Source: a bacterium (GTDB lineage: Bacteria; Electryoneota; Electryoneia; Electryoneales; Electryoneaceae). From it: DNA of 64,000 nucleotides. Numbering within the stretch: position 1 is the first letter of the stretch; the number at the start of each line of letters is the position of its first letter. A program made the position numbers and the translations under genes. Below, piece by piece: positions 10,722-20,741 of the stretch. Location of the stretch: assembly GCA_963669175.1 (NCBI GenBank), contig OY769902.1, positions 2,848,001 to 2,912,000 of the forward strand. Reading direction: 5' to 3'. The notes beneath the pieces are model-generated. The model was not told the DNA's origin. It saw nothing but the letters and a program-made list of their open reading frames with translations, and ran no database searches.

Positions 10722-12863
10722 TCACTTCACCAGCAGCATCTTCTTCACCTGCATGCCCAGGTCTGAATTCAGACGGTAGAAGTAGACACCGGACGGCAGC
10801 AGGCTCGCATCGAACTGCACGTTATGCTGACCGGCGCTGAAGTGCTGGTTGGTGATGGATGCAACCTGTTGGCCGACAAGGTTGAACACGGTGATTTCCA
10901 CGTGTGATGCCTGCGGAAGCGTGAACGCTATTGACGTTGTCGGGTTGAACGGGTTCGGGTAGTTCTGCGACAGGGTATAGTCGAACGCTTGTCCCGCTTC
11001 TGTGTCGGTGATATCGTTGGTCGGATCGAAGCAGTAGACTTCACCATTGGTGCCCATGTAAAAGTCACCGTCACCACCGGCTGCGAAAGAATACGCCTTG
11101 GTCGAGTTCAGACCGGCGATATCTTCACGCCATGTCGCGCCCTGATCTTCGGATACATAGATACTACGCGTTACAACCCCTTCCATGAAGCGGTTGATGG
11201 TGAAATCGACAAACAGGTTCCCCGCATTATCCACACCGATCTTGTTTGTGCCAATGGTTGCCAGAACTCCATTTTCTACGAGTCCATCGGTAATTGTGGT
11301 CCAGGTGTCGCCATGGTCAGTCGATTTCTGAAGTGCCGAGATGCTGCCATCGCTATCCAGGTAAACAATATCGTTCGTGAAATCGATAGCCGCTTCATCA
11401 TGCGCACCGCCCACAAGAGATGTGAACGTGCCGCCGTTGTCATCGCTACGGTAGAATCCCGTTAAACCACCGCCATAGATCGCGCCCTGGGCATCACCAA
11501 AAGCCACGTAGGGAGCGGTAACCCCTGACAACTGGGTGAAACTGCCGCCAGCGTCGGTGGAGTGGAAAATCCCGTACTGGGCGTGAATGAGAAACAGGTC
11601 GCTGGAAGGTGATGTTCCGAAGCGGCAACCATTGGAACCTACAAGGCCGGTATTGTATTCGGTCCAGTTTGCACCGTTATCGGTTGATTTGTACAGGTAA
11701 TTCGTAGCGCCTGCATAAAGGGTGCCGTCCGGAGTGCGAATCGCGTCAAGGTCAGCACCGGTGCAGGTGATCTCGTCAATCTGCTCCCATGCAGTAGTTC
11801 CGCTGGGGAGCTGGTAGATGCCGAAACTGTCGGCTGCGGCGATCACGGTTCCGTCAGCGGTTACAGCCAGTCCACCGATAAGACTTGCGGTCAGTCCGCT
11901 GTTGGAAGGCGCCCAGGTTGAGCCACCGTCACTGCTCATCTTGATCGCTTTGTTGAATACGCCCAGTACCAGGTCACCATTGACAGTTGTTTCCAGGCAA
12001 TGGGAATCGTAAATAGCGGGCAAGTCCGGTGTGGAAGAGGACCAGGTAGCGCCGTCATCGGTTGAGGTTAGCACTTCCGGGGCCAGGGTTACGGCATAGA
12101 GGGTGCCATCATCTGCGGCTGCCATCCCCTGTATACCGTTGGTCACCATGGCAGTGTGGACTTCCGTCCAGTTATCGCCGTTGTCGGTCGAACGGTAGAT
12201 GCTGCCAAAATAGCCGCCGACCAGGGTGCCTTCATCGGTACACTCGAGGTATTGCAACGCTGCTGGAGTGCCCGGGGTAACCTCGGTCCAGTTGTCACCA
12301 TTATCGGTCGAACGCATGAAGACGGATGTGAGCAGACCTGGAATGAAAAGAGTACCATCCGTGCCCACAACAATACGGCCGGGATTGGCCAAACCCATAG
12401 TTCCGACAGTAGACCAGTTCGCTCCACCGTCGGTCGATTTAAAAATCGAAATGTTTGGGTTGCGTCCTACCAGGATGAGGTTATCGTTATCAATCGCGTG
12501 TATAACATCAACCTTGAGAATACCGGCCGGAAGCGTAAGCAGATTACTGGTTTCAAAATGGTCATCGGACCAGTAGGATGTGCTGCTGAAAGCTGCGGTG
12601 AATAGACGGCCACTTGGTGATTCACTTATCTTCAAATAAAAACCATCACCGGGAATTCCGGTTCGTGACCACGTTGCCCCGTTATCCGATGACATGAACA
12701 GGCCGGCATCACGTGTTGAGGCATACAGATAACCGTCTGAGGCACGATACAGGTTGTACACGGTTCCGCCATTGGGGCCGCCCAGGTTCACCCAACTGGC
12801 AAATACTGATGAGCATAGCAGTAGAGTAATTGCAGCAGCAATCACAAGTTTCACAATCTTCAT
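10722..12863 (-). CDS. Secreted BNR/Asp-box beta-propeller protein with T9SS sorting domain
   Basis: Signal peptide MKIVKL...; many S-x-D-x-G-x-x-W Asp boxes; LSQNYPNPFNP...LPSGVYFYRL. Confidence 0.9.
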   Translation of the reverse strand: MKIVKLVIAAAITLLLCSSVFASWVNLGGPNGGTVYNLYRASDGYLYASTRDAGLFMSSDNGATWSRTGIPGDGFYLKISESPSGRLFTAAFSSTSYWSDDHFETSNLLTLPAGILKVDVIHAIDNDNLILVGRNPNISIFKSTDGGANWSTVGTMGLANPGRIVVGTDGTLFIPGLLTSVFMRSTDNGDNWTEVTPGTPAALQYLECTDEGTLVGGYFGSIYRSTDNGDNWTEVHTAMVTNGIQGMAAADDGTLYAVTLAPEVLTSTDDGATWSSSTPDLPAIYDSHCLETTVNGDLVLGVFNKAIKMSSDGGSTWAPSNSGLTASLIGGLAVTADGTVIAAADSFGIYQLPSGTTAWEQIDEITCTGADLDAIRTPDGTLYAGATNYLYKSTDNGANWTEYNTGLVGSNGCRFGTSPSSDLFLIHAQYGIFHSTDAGGSFTQLSGVTAPYVAFGDAQGAIYGGGLTGFYRSDDNGGTFTSLVGGAHDEAAIDFTNDIVYLDSDGSISALQKSTDHGDTWTTITDGLVENGVLATIGTNKIGVDNAGNLFVDFTINRFMEGVVTRSIYVSEDQGATWREDIAGLNSTKAYSFAAGGDGDFYMGTNGEVYCFDPTNDITDTEAGQAFDYTLSQNYPNPFNPTTSIAFTLPQASHVEITVFNLVGQQVASITNQHFSAGQHNVQFDASLLPSGVYFYRLNSDLGMQVKKMLLVK

Positions 12864-13022
12864 GTTTTCTTCCTTTCCTGGTCGAGTCACTACACACAAG
12901 GTGAGATTTGCGTTTTCAAGATACGTCCCAATTGTTTGGGATTTTTGTGATATGAGGCACTTTTTGTGATTTATTCTGGAGTTGGATGGGTATCACAGAT
13001 TGCTCTTTGTCCGGAAAACTTG

Positions 13023-13054
13023 AAAAAAAGCCATGCTTCGGGGAAGCATGGCTT
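13023..13054 (-). terminator. Terminator of the aminotransferase-pckA operon
   Basis: 12-bp stem AAGCCATGCTTC/GAAGCATGGCTT with U-tail on the minus strand. Confidence 0.85.
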
Positions 13055-13086
13055 GAATAGTATCAAGGCAAAACTGTATTGCTGCG

Positions 13087-14733
13087 TCAGTCTTTTTTCG
13101 GTCCGGAGTTACGGACTTCCGGGGTGACTTCATCGGCGAACTTACGGAAGTTCTCGATGAAGCGTGCGGCGAGCTGACGGTACTTGTTATCGTACTCTTT
13201 CTTGTCGCCCCAGGAACTGGACGGATCAAACACGTTGTCCGGCACATCCGGGCAGGTCTTCGGTACTTCGAAGCCGAAGAGTTCGTCTTTCCGGTACTCG
13301 ACATTGTCCAGGTCACCGTCAAGCGCTGCGTTGAGCATACGACGAGTGTGCCTGATCGAGATACGCTTGCCGACGCCGAACTTACCGCCGACCCAACCGG
13401 TATTCAACAGCCAACACTTCACGCCGTGCTTCTGGACCTTGTCGGCCAGCATTTTGGCGTAGAAGGAGGGCGGATGCACCATGAAGGGCGCTCCGAAGCA
13501 GGCGGAGAAGGTGATTTCCGGTTCGAGACCGACACCGATTTCCGTGCCGCCAACCTTGGAGGTGTAGCCACTGATGAAGTGGTACTGTGCCTGGTCGGGG
13601 GTCAGACGCGCGATTGGAGGCATGACACCGCTGGCGTCGCAGGTCAGGAAAATGATGTTGTCCGGGTGCCCGGCCATTTTATCCGGAACCGCATTGTCGA
13701 TGAAGGACAGCGGATAGGAAGCGCGGGTATTTTCTGTCAGCGTCCAGTCGTCCAGGTCGATGCGACGGCTGACCGGGTCCATGATCACATTTTCGAGGAT
13801 GGTGCCGTAGCGACGGGTGCAGGCATAGATTTCGGGCTCTGCTGTCGGTGACAGGTTGATCACTTTCGCATAGCAACCGTTCTCAATGTTGAAGATGCCT
13901 TCGTCGGTCCAGCCATGCTCGTCGTCACCGATAAGGTTTCGTGCCGGGTCTGCGGAAAGGGTGGTCTTACCGGTGCCGGACAGACCGAAGAACAGCGCGC
14001 TATGGCCGTCCTTGCCCACATTCGCCGAGCAGTGCATGGAAAGAACGCCTTCCAACGGCAGCAGGTAGTTCATCAGGGTGAAGATGGTCTTCTTGATTTC
14101 ACCGCCATACTGTGAAACACCGACATGCCCAATCTTCTTGCCGAAGTCGGCAACGATAAAGGTATTGGACGCGGTCGAATCTATCTGACGAACTCCCTTG
14201 AAACCGGGAGTGACGATCAGGGTAAACTCAGGCACGAACTGCTGGTATTCATCGGCCGATTTCGGCGGCAGCAGCATGTTGCGTGAGAACATCGCCTGCC
14301 AGGCATGCTCGGTAATGATCCGTACCGGGACACGGTAGTTCGGATCTGCTCCGGCATAAAGGTCCTGGACAAAGATATCGCGTCCCTGCAGGTAACCGTT
14401 GACACGATGATGCAAGGCATCAAAGGTGTCTTCCGACATCGGACGGTTGTATTCGCCCCAGTAGACGTGGTCTACACTGGTCTCTTCTTTGACGATGAAC
14501 TTGTCATTGGCCGCGCGGCTGGTATGACCGCCGGTTTCAACGAGAACTGGTCCACCTAAAGAGATCTTACCTTCACCACGGAAAATAAATTCCTCATACA
14601 AGGCTTCCGTGGGGAGGTTCCAATAGACTTTCCGCGGATTCATGATGCCGTGCATCTTGACCGGGTAATCGCTTGCGAGGCGATCGGCGACCTTTTCCGC
14701 GGGGGTCTGAATATTCAGGATGTTGTTAATCAC
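13087..14733 (-). CDS. pckA: Phosphoenolpyruvate carboxykinase (ATP)
   Basis: YGGEIKK, MHCSAN, FFGLSGTGKTTLSADP, GDDEHGW, GCYAK, FSACFGAPF; GTG start overlaps upstream TGA. Confidence 0.97.
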   Translation of the reverse strand: MINNILNIQTPAEKVADRLASDYPVKMHGIMNPRKVYWNLPTEALYEEFIFRGEGKISLGGPVLVETGGHTSRAANDKFIVKEETSVDHVYWGEYNRPMSEDTFDALHHRVNGYLQGRDIFVQDLYAGADPNYRVPVRIITEHAWQAMFSRNMLLPPKSADEYQQFVPEFTLIVTPGFKGVRQIDSTASNTFIVADFGKKIGHVGVSQYGGEIKKTIFTLMNYLLPLEGVLSMHCSANVGKDGHSALFFGLSGTGKTTLSADPARNLIGDDEHGWTDEGIFNIENGCYAKVINLSPTAEPEIYACTRRYGTILENVIMDPVSRRIDLDDWTLTENTRASYPLSFIDNAVPDKMAGHPDNIIFLTCDASGVMPPIARLTPDQAQYHFISGYTSKVGGTEIGVGLEPEITFSACFGAPFMVHPPSFYAKMLADKVQKHGVKCWLLNTGWVGGKFGVGKRISIRHTRRMLNAALDGDLDNVEYRKDELFGFEVPKTCPDVPDNVFDPSSSWGDKKEYDNKYRQLAARFIENFRKFADEVTPEVRNSGPKKD

Positions 14734-15947
14734 AGCCAATCCCTCACGAGTTTCTTGTCTCCGATGAACAGTTCGTTCGGCGATTCGGGATCCACGACCC
14801 ACTTGATCCGCTCGACACCCTGCTTAATATCCTTTACCGAACCGCAGATGCTCAGGCGCAAGTGACCTTCCCAGCCAAACTCCTTGCCGGGAACTGTAAC
14901 CACCCAGGCCTTCTCCAGCAGTTCTTTCGACAGCTTCACTGAATCCTTGGTATAGGCGCGGAAATCCACCAGGCAGTAGAACGTGCCTTTTGGCGCTCGA
15001 ACCTTAATACCGTTAAAGGTCTTCAGTTCTTGTCGCATCACTTCCCAGTTGTTCTGCAACATCTGGCGAAGCTGTTCGACTGTATTCTGCACACCATTGA
15101 GCGCACCCATGGCAGCCGTCTGCGAAACGATCGGAGCCGTTGAGGTGGTTTGTGCCTGAACATTCAGCATCACCTTGCGCAGCTTGCGAGGCGCTACCGC
15201 CCAACCGATACGGAAACCGGTCATGCCGTACACCTTGCTGATGCCGTTCAGGGAAATGATGTGGGAATCGTCAATGGTATTACTGGTGAATTCGTAAGGC
15301 GAAGCCCAGTCGACACCATCAAAGATCAACTTGTGATAGATGTCATCGGAGATGTAGTAAATCCCCTTTTCTTCGCAAAACTCAACCAGTTCCTTGATGA
15401 ACTCACGGCTGTAGACCATCCCCGACGGGTTGTTCGGGCTGTTGACGATGATGGCCTTGGTGTAAGAACCGACCACGCGCTTGATCTCTTCCATGCGCGG
15501 CTGGAAGGTACCGTCTTCCGGGGTAACAATGACCGGGACGCCATAACACATCTTGATCATCTCGGGATAGCTTACCCAGTAGGGGGACAGTACGATTACT
15601 TCATCCTGCGGGTTGAGCAGGGTGAAGAGGAGGTTGTACAGCGACTGCTTGGCGCCACTGGAAACGATCACATTTTCCGGTGCGGGCAGACGTCCGTAGT
15701 TTTCTTCCGTGTACTTGATAACCGACTTGATCAGGCCGGGGATGCCTTCTGTGGGTGTGTACTTAACGTCTCCGTCTTTCAGCTTGGCGGCGGCGCTCAG
15801 GATACCCGCAATCGGGGCACGATTCTTCGGTTCTCCTGCGCCGAGGTGGATCACCGGGTCGCCCTTTGCCTTGAGCAGACGAGCCTGCTCATTCATGGCT
15901 AGGGTCGGAGATTCGGCGATCTCGCTGGCAATCATGCTCAAACTCAT
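14730..15947 (-). CDS. PLP-dependent class I/II (aspartate-type) aminotransferase
   Basis: GAGEP, GAKQSL, PYWVSY, NSPNNPSG, SDDIY, SKVYGMTGFRIG. Confidence 0.93.
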   Translation of the reverse strand: MSLSMIASEIAESPTLAMNEQARLLKAKGDPVIHLGAGEPKNRAPIAGILSAAAKLKDGDVKYTPTEGIPGLIKSVIKYTEENYGRLPAPENVIVSSGAKQSLYNLLFTLLNPQDEVIVLSPYWVSYPEMIKMCYGVPVIVTPEDGTFQPRMEEIKRVVGSYTKAIIVNSPNNPSGMVYSREFIKELVEFCEEKGIYYISDDIYHKLIFDGVDWASPYEFTSNTIDDSHIISLNGISKVYGMTGFRIGWAVAPRKLRKVMLNVQAQTTSTAPIVSQTAAMGALNGVQNTVEQLRQMLQNNWEVMRQELKTFNGIKVRAPKGTFYCLVDFRAYTKDSVKLSKELLEKAWVVTVPGKEFGWEGHLRLSICGSVKDIKQGVERIKWVVDPESPNELFIGDKKLVRDWL

Positions 15948-16127
15948 AGGCCGCAGCTTCCTCGTGTAAAAGGGTGGACGCCGTCGGGCGTGTTCGGAAC
16001 CCCTAATGTCTGGGGATCTACTCTGGTCTTCGTTTTTAGCCGCTTGTCTGTTGGGGTGACTTTGTACCTAACTGCAAGCTCTAACCTCTTGAAAAGTCAC
16101 CCTACTGGAAATTGGAAAGATCCAAGT

Positions 16128-16145
16128 TAGTGAACTATTTAACAA
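16128..16145. promoter_or_regulatory. Possible Rex-like operator
   Basis: TAGTGAA-CTAT-TTAACAA, 2 mismatches to TTGTGAA-N4-TTCACAA, upstream of the aminotransferase-pckA operon. Confidence 0.35.
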
Positions 16146-16531
16146 AGTGCAACGTGCTCCGAGAACATAATATCACAGGAATTCAGTTTGACTCCAACTG
16201 CCTCCCAAGGAAAAGGAAATGTAAAAACATCATGGTTCATTTTCAGTCAAAAATGATGCTTGCAAGAAGTAAAATTTCCAATAAAAACAGATCTCTTTCA
16301 CTACTGGAAAATGATGTTCTGAATTTGTTGATCGTCAAGGAGGAATCTGTTTGTCCCTGTTCATTGAAATGAGGAAATGCAAAAAAACTGGTCCATATGA
16401 TATTCCCGTGAGAGACAGTCCGATTCAACATGTGATTGATTTGGTTTTGCTCCGTTCCGTTTACCCGTTACCTTCAATTGTCATTCAGGGGAAAATGTGA
16501 AGAAATGCACGACCAGGAGAAGGGGAGGGAG

Positions 16532-17233
16532 ATGAATAGAGCATTGATCGTACTGTGTATGCTGTTGCTGGTGGCTTCAGCGTTTGCTGCAGAGAAGGTG
16601 CCGCTGGAACAACTCAGCACGGATGAACTGGTGGCTGAGACGCAGTTTGAGGCGCTGGAAAAAATTGAGAACGGTATTAACATCTGTTGGTGGTTCCCGT
16701 ACGAATTCTGGAAAGCCATCATGATAAACGATAAGCAGATGACGCAAGCGCAAAAAGACTCCATGCTGGCCATCGTGGAGGATGTCGCATTCCTGGCTGT
16801 GGTGCAGGTCGATGTGTTCCCTACCGGATATTTTGATTATTACCCGAAAGAGACAATTAAAAAGGGGATGACTGTACAGTTTGTTGATCCGGATGGTTCC
16901 GTGTACGCGTTAAGCATCCAGAAGGACATGAATCCCGAACTTCAGTCCATGATGGATATGATTGCCATGATCCTGACCAATGCGATGGGCAACCTCGGGT
17001 CCAACATGCACTTCTTCCTGATCGAAAATGAATATGACGGCAAGCGGATCGTCGATTGTTATGAAGAAGGGGAAATACGCGTCCGGCTGACAAACAGTGA
17101 CGGCGACAGAATAACCACACGTCTGGAACTGCCACTTGATTGCCTGTATGTCCCACGCAAATGCCCGAACGGTAAAGACGCACACGTTTCGTGGAAATTC
17201 TGCCCCTGGACCGGGGAAAAGCTGCCGGATTAG
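16532..17233 (+). CDS. Exported hypothetical protein with C-terminal Cys motif
   Basis: GGAGG RBS, signal peptide, terminal CPNG...WKFCPWTG. Confidence 0.8.
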   Translation: MNRALIVLCMLLLVASAFAAEKVPLEQLSTDELVAETQFEALEKIENGINICWWFPYEFWKAIMINDKQMTQAQKDSMLAIVEDVAFLAVVQVDVFPTGYFDYYPKETIKKGMTVQFVDPDGSVYALSIQKDMNPELQSMMDMIAMILTNAMGNLGSNMHFFLIENEYDGKRIVDCYEEGEIRVRLTNSDGDRITTRLELPLDCLYVPRKCPNGKDAHVSWKFCPWTGEKLPD

Positions 17234-17292
17234 TATTGTCTCAAGACTGAGACTCTAAAGTAGCTAAAATACTGATTTGGCCCGACTGCTCG

Positions 17293-18183
17293 TCAGTCGG
17301 TTTTTTTATCAACCATTTCAATTGCCAATACATTGGGAATACCCCAGAAGGCATGATTCTGATTGTGCTGGGTGAAATCGGTCTCAAAGCTTCCAACCCA
17401 GTCCCAATACTCACCGTTTGGCAAACGGATACAGACCTGTGCTTCAGGGCCGCCTTCCAAGTGCTGAGCAGCCACTATGCCTAGGGGTAACTCGAGAAGG
17501 ATTGTGTTGAAATCGTGCATGGAATAGGGGGATCGACAGAAAACGAAGAGGATATTTCCGGAATCATCCTGTGCGAGCGAAGCCTCACTCCAGCGTCGAG
17601 GTTGCTGCTTCCAGGCATTTTCCCCAGGCTTTTTTATCAAGCGCAGGTTCTGCAAGATGCCATGATATTGGGCTTGCATGGAATCAAGCGGAATGACGCC
17701 ACGATCAAGAATGTCGAATTCTGGCAATCCCGCACGTTTCGGATTGAAAACAGCAAATGAATGATATGTATTATTGAAAGCCGGGTTGTTGACATGATCC
17801 TGTGAGCTCATATAGCCGGTATGGGTAGTATAATCCTCCTCAAACATACCCGCATTGATAGCAGTAACGGCGCCATAGAACTCACATGCAACATGGGCGT
17901 CCAGGAGGTCAACGCTGTCCAGCGCGGATGCTGCGAGAAGTTTCAACTTGAAATGCTGTGGGGATATGCGCAGAACATAGAGAATAGAATCATCAACCAG
18001 CGAATAGGAATCCAGTTTGAATTGACCAAACTCAAGGCCTTCCTGCAGAGTCACCCACTCGTATTCTCCGGGAACAAGTGGAGGTTGAGAAGCTTCTTTT
18101 GCGCCGGATCGACAGGAGATCGTTATCAGGTAAATAGGAATGAGCATCAGAAAAAGTAACGACAATCTTGCGAACTTGACCAT
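17293..18183 (-). CDS. Phosphodiester glycosidase (NAGPA-like) lipoprotein
   Basis: Lipobox-like TISC; AINAGMF, AQHLEGG motifs. Confidence 0.7.
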   Translation of the reverse strand: MVKFARLSLLFLMLIPIYLITISCRSGAKEASQPPLVPGEYEWVTLQEGLEFGQFKLDSYSLVDDSILYVLRISPQHFKLKLLAASALDSVDLLDAHVACEFYGAVTAINAGMFEEDYTTHTGYMSSQDHVNNPAFNNTYHSFAVFNPKRAGLPEFDILDRGVIPLDSMQAQYHGILQNLRLIKKPGENAWKQQPRRWSEASLAQDDSGNILFVFCRSPYSMHDFNTILLELPLGIVAAQHLEGGPEAQVCIRLPNGEYWDWVGSFETDFTQHNQNHAFWGIPNVLAIEMVDKKTD

Positions 18184-18200
18184 TTCTTTTCCCCCAGTAT

Positions 18201-19298
18201 TTAGAACGCCTCCTTATACCCCACCAGTTCCACATATCCGAAACTGAAGCCGGGAAAATCCTGGCGTTCCACTTTGACCGCGCCTTCCCAGTAGGTGACA
18301 CGGGTGGATCGGGAGGTCCGTAATTCCTGGTTGAGTTGGGTGGGCGTGAGGGTGAGGTCGATACCTTTGGAAGGAACCTGTACACGCCATCCGGAGGGAT
18401 AGGTTGTTTTGCTGTCCGGGCTGGTCCAGGTTCCGGTATTGGTCACAGTGATCCGGTCCAGGGCGAGGTGTTCCGGCGTTCCTGTGGCTGGCATCCATGT
18501 CCCGGCGGACTGAGCGATAGCGTTGCCGTCCCTGTCACGGATCAGGTAAATCATCAGCGCATCACCACCTGGCAAATGCAGGCCGAACCAGTCCCAGCCG
18601 ACCAGTCCTTCACCGAGCTGCTGGTTGCCGAACTCGTGGTCCATCCAGAAGTCACCCGATACGGCTTCCGTTGCCTGGCTGCCGGCAGGTGTGAAATAGC
18701 CGTCCGCTTTCATGTACGGCATGGAATAGTAATACGAGGCTTCGGTCCCGCCCGGTCCTTTTACGCTGTAGCCTTCCTCTCCATTCAACACAGGTGAACG
18801 ATCCCAGGTCAATGCCAGGCGTATCTCACCGAGGATCGGGGAGGAGGCGTGGAGGATATGCTGACCGTTCAGTTCTTCCGCGGACCAGTCATCCAGCCAG
18901 ACGTGGTAGACGCCGCCAACCGCGCCAGCTTCACCCAGGGTGCCCCGAGCGATCTTTTCATCAAATCCAAACGGCATTCCCGGCCCGCTCATGGCTAAAT
19001 GGGCGAAGTAGAGGGAACCGCTCTGTTGTCCGGGGAGTTGGTTACGGAAGAAAGTGAGCTGGAGATGATACCAGTTGTCCGGGTTGGAAGCGTCGGCTCC
19101 AGTCTTGAGCAGATGCCCGGTGTAGTACCACCATTCCAGCGCGTAGTCCGGGTGCGCGGCATGATCGACCGGGAAATTCCAGTTGTAACCGGGCTCAGGC
19201 ACCGCGAACTGGCCTTCCTGGGCAAAGGATGCGGTGCCGCATGTAAGCGCTATCAGCAGTATGAATGAGAACGCCCTAATTTGCCGTATAAACCACAT
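18201..19298 (-). CDS. AttH/CrtC-like lipocalin-domain secreted protein
   Basis: FPVDHAAHPDYALEWWYYTG, SYYYS, WMDHEF, GWDWF, YWEGAV, GYVELVGY; start uncertain. Confidence 0.88.
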   Translation of the reverse strand: MWFIRQIRAFSFILLIALTCGTASFAQEGQFAVPEPGYNWNFPVDHAAHPDYALEWWYYTGHLLKTGADASNPDNWYHLQLTFFRNQLPGQQSGSLYFAHLAMSGPGMPFGFDEKIARGTLGEAGAVGGVYHVWLDDWSAEELNGQHILHASSPILGEIRLALTWDRSPVLNGEEGYSVKGPGGTEASYYYSMPYMKADGYFTPAGSQATEAVSGDFWMDHEFGNQQLGEGLVGWDWFGLHLPGGDALMIYLIRDRDGNAIAQSAGTWMPATGTPEHLALDRITVTNTGTWTSPDSKTTYPSGWRVQVPSKGIDLTLTPTQLNQELRTSRSTRVTYWEGAVKVERQDFPGFSFGYVELVGYKEAF

Positions 19299-19947
19299 TC
19301 CATGATCCGGGGTATCGTGTGGCGGAATAGCCATGTTTTTCGAGGAATTCTTCCACACCTTCGGTATCGTCTTCAATAATAAAGATCGGTTTGTCCCTTT
19401 TAATCAGGTTCCTCATGCCTTTAAGAATCTGGAGTTCATGGCCTTCGGCATCCATTTTGACCAACTTGATACGATGCGGAAATTTCAAGGCGTCAGTGTT
19501 CAGGGTGAGGACCGAATATTTTCCACCATCCTTTGTGATCTGGGCACGGTAAAAGTCACTCATCCCGGTGTCTTTCGCAGCGGGAACATCCATGCTGGCG
19601 AGGTCTACCTTGTCAGAGGCTGCGACGTTGAACAGGGTGATATTCTTGTAGCGTGCATAGGACGCATTCGCGGTCAACAGTTCAAATGTATCTTGAATGG
19701 GTTCGAAGGAGAAGACACGTCCTTTCAGACCAACCAATGAGGAGCAACGCAGGGTGTAGGTACCCACGTTGGCCCCGATATCCAGCACCCAGTCGCCATG
19801 TTTCACCCAGCGTCCGAGCATCTGAAATTCCTTTTCCTCGGATACAAATTTCCCAGCTCTGATCTTTATCGGGAAATAGATTTTTTTCAACACTTGCTGG
19901 CAGGATGGGGGCAACAGGGCTGCGAGTTTTTTCACTTCCTGTATCAT
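19276..19947 (-). CDS. FkbM family methyltransferase
   Basis: VLDIGANVG, SFEP, KMDAEGHE. Confidence 0.9.
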   Translation of the reverse strand: MIQEVKKLAALLPPSCQQVLKKIYFPIKIRAGKFVSEEKEFQMLGRWVKHGDWVLDIGANVGTYTLRCSSLVGLKGRVFSFEPIQDTFELLTANASYARYKNITLFNVAASDKVDLASMDVPAAKDTGMSDFYRAQITKDGGKYSVLTLNTDALKFPHRIKLVKMDAEGHELQILKGMRNLIKRDKPIFIIEDDTEGVEEFLEKHGYSATRYPGSWNVVYTAN

Positions 19948-20132
19948 CAGATCGGTTCCCTGATTTTATGAAAGATGTAAACAACTCATGGTGAATGAAA
20001 ATACATCATTCAAAATGCAGAGGCCATACTTGAGGGGGATTCTTATTTTCAGGGATACTCATTCCGGTCCACTAGCCCGAAGATTTCACCACTGGCAATT
20101 TCAATGTGATACTTGATGGAACGGCCAGTACA

Positions 20133-20386
20133 AGAACCACGGCAGTGGTTCTCTGTATTAGCCCACCGTCCAGCGCCGTCTGTTTGGCGCTCACGGTGGG
20201 AATAGGATGTACGCTACTTGCCAACCCCGGCAGCGGGTTGCCTGAATATTTCCACTGTATACTTTTGATATTTATCAGGTTACTCCTTCCGGAGTAAATA
20301 TATGGTGCGCATTATCTCCCCGGGTAGCCGCCAAACTGACGGCGGCTGCCCGGGGCTAATACAGGTTGCCCCTGCCGGGGCGGTTG
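20133..20386. repeat. Repeat family D, multi-hairpin palindromic element
   Basis: Same architecture as 30028-30331; two long stems with AAAC(A/T)GAC loops in inverted orientation. Confidence 0.85.
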
Positions 20387-20595
20387 CCGATACTCAGCCT
20401 CATATTGCCAGCGAAACAGGGAATAGACACGCAAAGGGATACCGGAGCAAACTGTCCCCTGAAAAATGCTGTATGAATCAGTTGTAATGTGTTGATATGA
20501 AATGTGTTAAGATGATTATCCATGTTTCGTTCATGAAATATTCGGGCTAGGTGATCGTCTCGATGAACCAACAATCGCAAGGAATCCAGAGGAGG

Positions 20596-20638
20596 AGATC
20601 CCGGACAACGCTAAACGACAGCGTTTCCGGGATGACAG
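20596..20638. repeat. REP-like hairpin GAGATCCCGGA...TCCGGGATGACA with AAACGAC loop
   Basis: Visible inverted repeat. Confidence 0.65.
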
Positions 20639-20645
20639 AGTGGCA

Positions 20646-20737
20646 GCGAAAAATGAGACTACTACCTTTTCATCTATATCAAATCAGGACTTTGAATGAA
20701 GAGTTTTCGAAAAGGTAGCTGTACCGGATTTTTCGCA
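20646..20737. repeat. Family-A-related REP doublet
   Basis: GCGAAAAAT...ACCTTTTC / GAAAAGGTAGCTGTACCGGATTTTTCGC, similar to 51841-51931. Confidence 0.7.
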
Positions 20738-20741
20738 GATC

